Of a stretch of DNA of 64,000 nt, positions 28,107 through 35,937 are shown in pieces; position 1 is the first letter of the stretch, and the number at the start of each line of letters is the position of its first letter. The stretch covers positions 3,712,001 to 3,776,000 of the forward strand of contig OY762209.1 of the NCBI GenBank assembly GCA_963665295.1. Direction: 5' to 3'. Both the position numbers and the translations under genes were made by a program. This DNA comes from Syntrophorhabdaceae bacterium. Its GTDB lineage: Bacteria; Desulfobacterota; Syntrophorhabdia; Syntrophorhabdales; Syntrophorhabdaceae. The notes under the pieces are model-generated. The model was not told where the DNA came from. It ran no database searches and was given only the letters and a program-made list of their open reading frames with translations.

Positions 28107-29714
28107 ATGAAAGAATACCACGAAAGAGTAAGATCGATCACGGAAAAGGCAAACCACCTTCGGGATGCCCTGTTGGTCCCCGTGGTCGATCAGGCTACCG
28201 GGCGGTTTATCACTGATCACAGAGTAAGGGCGGAGCGGCTGGAAGGCGCGACCAAAGGAAGTATTTTTGAGGGCCTTGGCAAAGGGGCCGCCATGATTCA
28301 GGCAACATGGTCGAATGCGTTGCGGCAGTATTGCAACCAGCGCGGATATATGCCCTCCGAGGAGATGCTCGCCAGTGCGCATCAGGCGCTTATTAACGCC
28401 ATAACGGCAACCGCAACCGGCCGGCAGGAAGTCGGCGGTATGGTTCTTGAGGCAGCCAACATTTCCACGACAGAGGGTATTCTCATGAGGGACCGCATGG
28501 TGGCGCTTATTCTGCCCGTCATGCTACTGTCAGTCACCGGGAACATTGTATCATATATTCCCGGGACCTTTAACCAGAGCGAGATTTTCAAGATATGGAG
28601 AGTGGCCGCCAGTACTTTCGGTGACCTGCACGCGAATGATCGTATCACCCACAACTTCGCCGGTCAGTACTCGAGCATGGATCAGCGATTCCTGACGGGT
28701 ACCGGAAATGGAACCAAGACAGGATCATCGAATGAGTTCGACCTCAATTCCAACTCAAAATGGGGGAGCGTCCGGCCTTTCAAGAAGAAGTCGATCAAGA
28801 TCATTCATGACCGCAATGTCGTGGCGGTAGACGATGGGGCCGCAGCGCTGCACGGGACTTTTGTTGTCGGAGGGACGACCATTACCGTGACGGGCACGGT
28901 CAACTATGCCAGCGGTATCGTTCACCCCGTGTTTTCGACGGCGCCCGCTACCGGGATCGAGGTGCATGTTGGTATCGATATCGATATCGAGAAAGACCCG
29001 ACGCTCATTCCCGCCGTGAACCACGAAATGGACTCGAAGACGCTTTATCCGCACGAGGCGGCAATTGAAGCCAGCACAACTCTCCAGTCTCTCTGGGGCT
29101 TAAGGCGAGAGTTCAATCTGAACGCCGACAGCATGGCCATGCTCGCCATGAGAAACCTTCTGAGTGCGGATAAGGACCGCAAGCACCTCGCCGACATGTA
29201 TTTCTATATGAAGGGGCAGAAGTCCTGGAATATGCACGTGCCGGCCAGCACATATTTCCAGGAGCATTACGAAACCGTTAAACAGACGCTTCTGGAAATA
29301 GACGCGACACTCATGTCTCAGACGGGAACGTCCGGACTTATCGGCCTTGTGGCGGATTCCAAGACAGCCGTCCTGTTCAAGAGCATGAAGGAGCCGAACT
29401 TCGTTGCAGCTCCGGGGTACGTAAGAATCCCTCAGCCTCACTATGTCGGTCGCCTCTTCGGCATGTGGGACCTCTATGAGGATCCGCAGCGGTCCACGGA
29501 CTACAGCACCCTCTGCTATGCGAAGGGGAAGAACATCGGGGAAGCCGGTTATATTGCTGGAGATGCCATCCCTGCTATGGCCTTCAAGCACGCCATGCAG
29601 AGTGACCTGAAATATGAAAACACCCTTTGGGAGTTAGCCTATCGTGACCTGAACCCGTTCGACGGTCGAGAGTATTTCATGGAACTGGCCATCACCGATG
29701 TAGCCGAGGGTTAA
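28107..29714 (+). CDS. Major capsid protein, P1 gp23-like
   Basis: 535 aa, GGAGG RBS, first gene of the structural operon, N-terminal propeptide with a VLE-A site, precedes the sheath. Confidence 0.8.
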   Translation: MKEYHERVRSITEKANHLRDALLVPVVDQATGRFITDHRVRAERLEGATKGSIFEGLGKGAAMIQATWSNALRQYCNQRGYMPSEEMLASAHQALINAITATATGRQEVGGMVLEAANISTTEGILMRDRMVALILPVMLLSVTGNIVSYIPGTFNQSEIFKIWRVAASTFGDLHANDRITHNFAGQYSSMDQRFLTGTGNGTKTGSSNEFDLNSNSKWGSVRPFKKKSIKIIHDRNVVAVDDGAAALHGTFVVGGTTITVTGTVNYASGIVHPVFSTAPATGIEVHVGIDIDIEKDPTLIPAVNHEMDSKTLYPHEAAIEASTTLQSLWGLRREFNLNADSMAMLAMRNLLSADKDRKHLADMYFYMKGQKSWNMHVPASTYFQEHYETVKQTLLEIDATLMSQTGTSGLIGLVADSKTAVLFKSMKEPNFVAAPGYVRIPQPHYVGRLFGMWDLYEDPQRSTDYSTLCYAKGKNIGEAGYIAGDAIPAMAFKHAMQSDLKYENTLWELAYRDLNPFDGREYFMELAITDVAEG

Positions 29715-29774
29715 GAAAGCCCGGGCAATCCGTCTGCGTAGCTGCTCGTCGGGCGGATTGCCTCTATTGCATTA

Positions 29775-29803
29775 GTCGCTCTCAAGCGAGCGCGGATTGA
29801 AAC
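29775..29803 (+). CRISPR. Solitary type I-C-like CRISPR repeat (not an array)
   Basis: GTCGCTCTCAAGCGAGCGCGGATTGAAAC: GTCGC start, CGCTC/GAGCG stem, GGATTGAAAC end; intergenic. Confidence 0.6.
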
Positions 29804-29821
29804 GATAGCAGGAGGCCAACT

Positions 29822-30220
29822 ATGAAGATCCAGTTCCAGAACAACAGCGTGTCGGGCGTCAACCGAAAGTACAGGGGTTTTGTCCTCGACTTGCCTGGCC
29901 ACTCTTCACAGGCCATCGACGTTCCTCCTCAGTACGTCAAGGATGTTCTTTCCTATCTCAAATACAGGCATCCCGCAGTTATCTGTACTCCAGTCGCGGA
30001 AAAGCTTGAGAGCTCGCCCAACGAGACCAATACTGTCGCTTCCGCTGTGCAAATAGAAGCCGCCGGCGAAGAAACAGGAGCGACCGATACCACCGCGGAG
30101 TCCGACGCAGTGACCGGGTCAGGTGAGGACGAGACAGACACCGAGGGGCAGGAAGAGAAGGTCCCGGCGGTCGATGCAGGGGCCGGAAAGAAAACCAAAA
30201 AGAGCGGAGGTAAGAAATGA
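29822..30220 (+). CDS. Putative head-associated protein with acidic low-complexity tail
   Basis: GGAGG RBS; N-terminal domain similar to that of 61104-61766. Confidence 0.65.
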   Translation: MKIQFQNNSVSGVNRKYRGFVLDLPGHSSQAIDVPPQYVKDVLSYLKYRHPAVICTPVAEKLESSPNETNTVASAVQIEAAGEETGATDTTAESDAVTGSGEDETDTEGQEEKVPAVDAGAGKKTKKSGGKK

Positions 30221-32085
30221 AATCAGTGATCACGAATGCCGCCGAAATTACCGTTCTGCGGCTGATTGACAATACATATAAGACGGGCGGCGGTCCCGTT
30301 TCCGTTGGCGCCACAGTTGTTGTGGCCAGCAAGGGGCCTGTCGGAAAGGTAACCCAGGTGCGGGATGACAATTGGGAAGATATCTTCGGATCGCCTCTTT
30401 CCAGACGGTCAAGCTTCATGGAGGGGCTCAGACATCTCGCAGACGCAGCTAAAGAATGCAACTATGTGAACGTCGTTCGAGTTGTCAAAAGCGACGCGCG
30501 CTTCCCATCCCTGCTGGTGAAATTGATCAATTATCATGGCGCGTGGGTTTCGGGTCATGCATACGTGGCCGGAGATGTCGTTACTCTCGCCAACGTCAAG
30601 TATATCTGCATCCTGCCGCACACTGCATCAGAAGAAAATGACCCCCCGAATGTGACGAATTGGGCGGTGTTTACGAGCACCATGGAGGTGGGCAAGACGT
30701 CCACTGTAAATGGCCACCCATACGGAACGGCCCTCTCCCTGGGTAACGGGTACGTCATGGAGATTTGGCCCATTGACGGTGATCCGAGCGGCAATCGATC
30801 CTTCGAAATCATCGATGTCATCACCGAAAAAGGTGCCTGGGGTACTGGCACCGTCTACGAGGCCAACGATGTGATCACTGTCACGGGAGGAAAGCTCATC
30901 TGCACCACAGGGCATACCGCTTCAGGTGACGCTCCGACTCTGGCCGTCCCCGGGACCAACTGGAAGGCGTACAAGGGAGAATATGACCAGCGTTTCACCA
31001 TCAATATCTATGACAAGGATGAGAATGGCGATGAGTACACCCTCGAAACGTATTCCGTAGGTCTGAACCCCACGGACAAGGACGACATGGGCCGTCCCGC
31101 CTTCATCGAAACAGTCTTGGAGCAGAACAGTGACCGGTTCCGATGCAATATCGATGAGGACCTTACGTGGAATACTATCAAAGACAGCCTGAAATACGGC
31201 ATCAAGGCTTCGTTCATCGGCGGTACGAACGGGGGGGACCCTGAGACGGAGGATTGGATTAAAGCATGGGATCTGTTCAGGAACGAGACATTCGGCTGTG
31301 ACCTCATGTTCGCGGCGGGCGTCTATGATGAGGATGTCCTGTCGAACTGCATTGACATCGCCAGCGGGCGTCATTGCTCCTTTTTCTTCGATATCAACCC
31401 GAATTTGCAATCCGATCAGGCCATTGCCTGGCTAAAGGGGACGGGCCTCGAAAACAGACAGGCCGCTGTTTACTATTGCCCCTTTTCTGCCAAGGACCGC
31501 TGGTATGATGGAAAGACCGTCTGGGGAGCGTCCGGAGCGGCGGTTGCAGCATGCGCTATCGGAAATGCCAATATGAGCGGTGCCATTCCGGGAATTCACT
31601 ATGCCCCGGCAGGAATCAATCGAGGCAAACTGAACCGCACCAGTGTTACGCCACTATACCCCGAAGATATCATCAATCGGGATGATTTCTATGATGCCCG
31701 AATCAACCCCGTAGTGAGCGGTGACAGCGGCGGCGCCGTCATTGATGACGCTCTGACCATCCATTATAAACAGAACTACAGTCGCTTCGTTTGGGTCAAC
31801 AGAATTGCGAACTATATCGACCACCGGTTCGTGGAGGGAGCGGCTTACATGAAGTTCGAGCCGGACGGACTCACCAAACAGGGCCTCACCAAAATGACAA
31901 AGGAGATTCTTGATCAGCTTGTTACCTCGGGAGCTTTGGTTACACCGAGAGAATCGGAGGATGGCAAGAACCCTTATATCCTGACGGTTAGGCAGGAAGA
32001 AATCGACCTCTGGCTGGTTACATGGGATTTTTGCCCTACCGGTGCGGCGCGACGTATCGCCGGACAGCCGAGACTCATCAAATAA
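30217..32085 (+). CDS. Tail sheath (P1 gp22-like) with two CBM5/12-like inserts
   Basis: KGPVGKV, VVRVV, HYAPAGINRG, RINPVV, KFEPDG, CPTGAARRI. Confidence 0.9.
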   Translation: MKSVITNAAEITVLRLIDNTYKTGGGPVSVGATVVVASKGPVGKVTQVRDDNWEDIFGSPLSRRSSFMEGLRHLADAAKECNYVNVVRVVKSDARFPSLLVKLINYHGAWVSGHAYVAGDVVTLANVKYICILPHTASEENDPPNVTNWAVFTSTMEVGKTSTVNGHPYGTALSLGNGYVMEIWPIDGDPSGNRSFEIIDVITEKGAWGTGTVYEANDVITVTGGKLICTTGHTASGDAPTLAVPGTNWKAYKGEYDQRFTINIYDKDENGDEYTLETYSVGLNPTDKDDMGRPAFIETVLEQNSDRFRCNIDEDLTWNTIKDSLKYGIKASFIGGTNGGDPETEDWIKAWDLFRNETFGCDLMFAAGVYDEDVLSNCIDIASGRHCSFFFDINPNLQSDQAIAWLKGTGLENRQAAVYYCPFSAKDRWYDGKTVWGASGAAVAACAIGNANMSGAIPGIHYAPAGINRGKLNRTSVTPLYPEDIINRDDFYDARINPVVSGDSGGAVIDDALTIHYKQNYSRFVWVNRIANYIDHRFVEGAAYMKFEPDGLTKQGLTKMTKEILDQLVTSGALVTPRESEDGKNPYILTVRQEEIDLWLVTWDFCPTGAARRIAGQPRLIK

Positions 32086-32096
32086 GGAGGATGGAC

Positions 32097-32744
32097 ATGT
32101 TTGGAACAAACGAAGCTACTGAAATTTTCGGCGACCTTATTTTTGAGAGGGCCAAGGACTGCAAGATCTTCGAAGAGGCTGCCGACGCGGGTGCCATCGA
32201 TGATTTTGCCAAGAAACAGATGCGCTCTCAGGCTATGGCTTGCGCCCTGACGTGGGTGGAGAATGGGGATTTTTCGTTTGGGGCCCTGTCCGATGCTGCC
32301 GCAACTATTGCCGATCTGGATGGAGACGAAGAGTTTTCAGACGATGAGCAGGCCTACTATAACGACCTTCTGACCGAAGTAGGCTATGCCCTTACCGCTT
32401 TGGGCGCGGATGCCGGAAACATCCAGTCCTTCATCGACAATGAAGATGACGAGGAAGGCGCGAAACTGGGGGCCTTCCTGTCAGAGAAGATGCAGGGTGT
32501 TGAACAGGACGACGAGACCCTTATCACGGATTATGCCGTGAGCAACCAGCCGATCATGGAATCGATGGTTAAGGTGGTCAGAAATGGACAGATCGCATTC
32601 AAAAAGAAAAGGATCGGCCGCCCTCATAAGATGACGGCGGCACAGAAGGCAGGCCTGAAAGTTGCCCGGAGAAGAGCCTTTACGGGCGCGGCAAAGCTGG
32701 CCAGAGCCAAATCGATAAGGATGCGACGCAAAAGAGGTATGTAA
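32097..32744 (+). CDS. Prohead core/scaffold-like protein (acidic body, basic C-terminus)
   Basis: IMES followed by KVVRNG...TAAQKAGLKVARRRA...RRKRGM. Confidence 0.6.
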   Translation: MFGTNEATEIFGDLIFERAKDCKIFEEAADAGAIDDFAKKQMRSQAMACALTWVENGDFSFGALSDAAATIADLDGDEEFSDDEQAYYNDLLTEVGYALTALGADAGNIQSFIDNEDDEEGAKLGAFLSEKMQGVEQDDETLITDYAVSNQPIMESMVKVVRNGQIAFKKKRIGRPHKMTAAQKAGLKVARRRAFTGAAKLARAKSIRMRRKRGM

Positions 32745-33425
32745 GTGGCACTGACGGATTCAGAAAAGAAGACTGCCCAGGGCAAAGCCGGAGGTCTGAA
32801 GATATACGGTAACGCAGACGAAAAAGTAAGCCCTTATCTGAAGGCATGGATCGCTCAGCCGGATGAAGAAAGCAAGATCAGCGTCTGTGTTGTCGGGCTG
32901 ATAGGGCCGGGAACAACCCGGTCCCTGCAGGCTAACTGGAATAGCCCCTTCGAACAATCCAACCTCGGGGGGATGTTCGAAAAAGTGGGAGGGTTGTTAC
33001 AGGCAACGTCCGGGAAGACGTCGGTCACCACATTATCATCAACCCAAATATGGGAAGGGAATAGGCCCCACACCTTTAATCTGACTCTCTCTTTCTATGC
33101 CATTAACGACGCGCAGAAAGAAGTCATGTTTGCACTGCGCGAACTTGAAAAGATGATGGGTCCGAATATCTCGGCGGGATCGGAGAAAGACGGCGTCGTA
33201 AAGGAACTTTTCAGGAGTGCCATACCGGGAGGCCGTATCCCCCAGCCCGTTATTTTGAACATAGGCCGGCACATGATGATTCCGAATTGCGTCATTGAAT
33301 CCATGTCCGTACCGTTGGATAAGGAGAAGACCAAGGAAGGATACTTGGTCCGGGCCGATGCAACGCTATCCATATCCACAAAGGTCATGTTGAACAAGGA
33401 AAATATCGGACAAACATGGCCGTAA
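32745..33425 (+). CDS. Tail tube initiator / baseplate-tube junction protein
   Basis: WNSPFE...QIWEG...FNLTLSF...CVIESMS pattern; position. Confidence 0.55.
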   Translation: MALTDSEKKTAQGKAGGLKIYGNADEKVSPYLKAWIAQPDEESKISVCVVGLIGPGTTRSLQANWNSPFEQSNLGGMFEKVGGLLQATSGKTSVTTLSSTQIWEGNRPHTFNLTLSFYAINDAQKEVMFALRELEKMMGPNISAGSEKDGVVKELFRSAIPGGRIPQPVILNIGRHMMIPNCVIESMSVPLDKEKTKEGYLVRADATLSISTKVMLNKENIGQTWP

Positions 33426-33446
33426 AACACAAGAGAGGAGAATAAA

Positions 33447-33974
33447 ATGGGTAACATTTCAAATGTTCAGCACAACGTTCCGCTGGTGAAGAGCTCATAT
33501 AAAAAGTTCGTATCAATGGGCGAGGGCGCGAAGGGCGACGATTTCAGGATGACCATTGAAGGTTACCCTAACCTCGAATACCTCGTGCAGTCCACGCAAC
33601 TTCCGGCCCTTAAGAGGGAGCCGGTCGAATCCAAGGGGCCCCACGGGGTGATGTTCAACCAGCAGGGCAATTTGATGAATGCCCAGGATATTACCATCGC
33701 TTTCAAGGAAGTTGTTAGCGGGATGGCACTGGACGCCCTGAGAGACTGGGTGAAGAACAAACTCTATTTGCAAGTCACCCTTGCGCTCATCTCCGAAAGC
33801 CAGCCGGAATCTGTCTTTGCGAATTCCGTTGTCCTGGAAGATGCCTGGGTCGAGATCGACGCCGTAGACCTGTCGGTCGATGACACGACAACGCTGGTGA
33901 AGCCGACCGGGACTATTCACGGCAACTGGGTGACATGGGCGGACGAGGAGCAGGAAACGCTCCCTTGGGAATAG
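33447..33974 (+). CDS. Tail tube protein
   Basis: 175 aa tube-like beta pattern; GAGGAG RBS. Confidence 0.65.
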   Translation: MGNISNVQHNVPLVKSSYKKFVSMGEGAKGDDFRMTIEGYPNLEYLVQSTQLPALKREPVESKGPHGVMFNQQGNLMNAQDITIAFKEVVSGMALDALRDWVKNKLYLQVTLALISESQPESVFANSVVLEDAWVEIDAVDLSVDDTTTLVKPTGTIHGNWVTWADEEQETLPWE

Positions 33975-33977
33975 CGC

Positions 33978-34523
33978 ATGACTCCGAACGGTTTATTGGA
34001 ACTGGTCAAAACCCAGTTTCAGGTCATTTATCTTGACTCCGTGAAGCTGACAAACCTACTGAAGCAGGCCCTTGGAGCTTATCAGGACAAGGCCGGCGTT
34101 GTACGTAAGATTCAGTTTGGCGATGACGTGACGGCGGTCAATATACCCGATGATCTGCTGGAGGTGATCGGAGCGACGGACGCAGAGGGGAGATGGCATG
34201 AACATCGCGTGACGGGCGACTCTATTGCGGTGATCCAGCAAGCAGGAAAGAGTGTCAAACCCTATGTCATATCGTACTTTGTCAATCTTCGGGATGCGGA
34301 TACTGAGGAATTTGAGTTGCCTCCTGAAACGGTCGGTCTTCTTCGCGGCTATCTTGAGGCCCTGATTGCATCCCTGAACACGGCACGGGCAAGGCAGATA
34401 GCCGCGGCAACGGGAATACAAGCGGAATATCCGTCCGACGAAGATCTGAGAGCCAGAGTGGAGAATATTGAACTGACCATGGAAGATTCGCAGGCAATTA
34501 TCCCGATGGCGACGGTGTATTGA
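33978..34523 (+). CDS. P1-like head-tail adaptor
   Basis: MTP..LLE.VK..F...LL.QALG.YQD.AG N-terminus recalled from a P1 morphogenetic protein. Confidence 0.5.
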   Translation: MTPNGLLELVKTQFQVIYLDSVKLTNLLKQALGAYQDKAGVVRKIQFGDDVTAVNIPDDLLEVIGATDAEGRWHEHRVTGDSIAVIQQAGKSVKPYVISYFVNLRDADTEEFELPPETVGLLRGYLEALIASLNTARARQIAAATGIQAEYPSDEDLRARVENIELTMEDSQAIIPMATVY

Positions 34524-35017
34524 TGGAGGAAGATTTCAACAAGCTGAGATTGATTGCCAAGCAACTTGTGGAGACACCTTTCCAGGAAGGGTGGCAGTTT
34601 CGTCTGGATATTGATGACGAAAATGCGCCCGACGATCTTGATATTTACGTCAAGGACATTACTTTTGGCCCGATTGAGATCGAGACGGAGAGTATCAAGG
34701 CAGGGATGCAGACCTTGACCTATCCCACCGGAACGGTCCCCGTGGGACTTTCCATGACCATGAGAGACAACCAGGATCGGCGTATCTATGACTGGTTCAC
34801 GGCATGGTCAAAGAAAATGGTCAATGATGATGGGACCGTGAATCTGCCTTCTGAGTATGTCAGGAAGGCCGAGCGCATTAACCTGGTTACGGATGAGATT
34901 CAAGATACATGGTTTGTGTTCCCGACCAAGCTGGGGGATATCACAGAAGCTGTGGACTCTGAAGGATTTCTTGAGTTTCCCATAACATTTATACAATTCA
35001 GATCGTGGGGTGAATAA
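34523..35017 (+). CDS. Tube-like baseplate protein
   Basis: QEGWQFRL...DIYVKDI...LEFPITF. Confidence 0.55.
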   Translation: MEEDFNKLRLIAKQLVETPFQEGWQFRLDIDDENAPDDLDIYVKDITFGPIEIETESIKAGMQTLTYPTGTVPVGLSMTMRDNQDRRIYDWFTAWSKKMVNDDGTVNLPSEYVRKAERINLVTDEIQDTWFVFPTKLGDITEAVDSEGFLEFPITFIQFRSWGE

Positions 35018-35799
35018 TGATTACACCTTTTACTTTGCCGTCGAATCCAAGCATACAAGTTCAATTGCGCGAGGCGACGGTAGCCGACGCTATAGACTTC
35101 GCCGATTTGGATGACAGTCATGAAGAAGAACTGACCACCATGTTTCTGGGGAGAATGCAGAACTCTGGTACCGTCCGCGATCCTCGGAAATGGACAGCGG
35201 AGGACAGGCGCTTTGCGCTTTACTGGTACTGGCTCCATACGTCGAAGGATCATGAAGTGGCCCTTTCATATGAATGCCGTCATTGCGGCGGCACACATGT
35301 CTACCTGCAGGACTTCCGGGAACTCGCAGATCATTACGCTTCAATCAATGAGGGTCCGGAAAGGGAAGGGTTATGGAAGGACGAAAGGATCATCGTGCGG
35401 CCGTTGTCAGGGGCCGACATGGAGACGCTCGAACGGATGAGACTGGGATTTGGTATTGCGCGGACAAACACCGAGGAACCTGTGAACAAAAAAGCGCGGA
35501 CGATGATGATGTTCGAACGTCTCGCCATGTGCGTAACCTTCGTAAGTGATAAGAGAGGAGCGGACAAGGCACAGGGCGACGAACGACGGAAGAAGATAAT
35601 GGCGTTGACCGTGGACGAATTCTCAGCGTTCGCTGATCTTGTCTATGGGCTGCTTTCCGACATGAAGCATGGTCTTGAAACGGAATATGCCGACGGTCGT
35701 CTCTTCCTTCTCATGCCGGTTCACGAATGTCCCGAAGGAGGTGGACAAACGCGCTTGCGTTATCCCTTTCGGAATAGCGACTACATTCCAGGTCTATAG
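35017..35799 (+). CDS. Tail/baseplate assembly chaperone
   Basis: YECRHCGGTH and HECP; directly upstream of the tape measure. Confidence 0.6.
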   Translation: MITPFTLPSNPSIQVQLREATVADAIDFADLDDSHEEELTTMFLGRMQNSGTVRDPRKWTAEDRRFALYWYWLHTSKDHEVALSYECRHCGGTHVYLQDFRELADHYASINEGPEREGLWKDERIIVRPLSGADMETLERMRLGFGIARTNTEEPVNKKARTMMMFERLAMCVTFVSDKRGADKAQGDERRKKIMALTVDEFSAFADLVYGLLSDMKHGLETEYADGRLFLLMPVHECPEGGGQTRLRYPFRNSDYIPGL

Positions 35800-35937
35800 C
35801 GAACGGTCCTGGACTATTGTGATTGAAAACCTGTGCTTATACGGAGGTCAGACAATTGATGGGTTGCGAAGGACGCCGCAAAGTCAGGTACTTTCATTAC
35901 ACGAAGCACTGAAGCGAAGAACGAAGGCAGGGCGTAG

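Noticed and set aside
29720..29821. CRISPR mini-array
   Set aside because: Only one repeat; the upstream GCGGATTG belongs to a hairpin and is too close to leave room for a spacer
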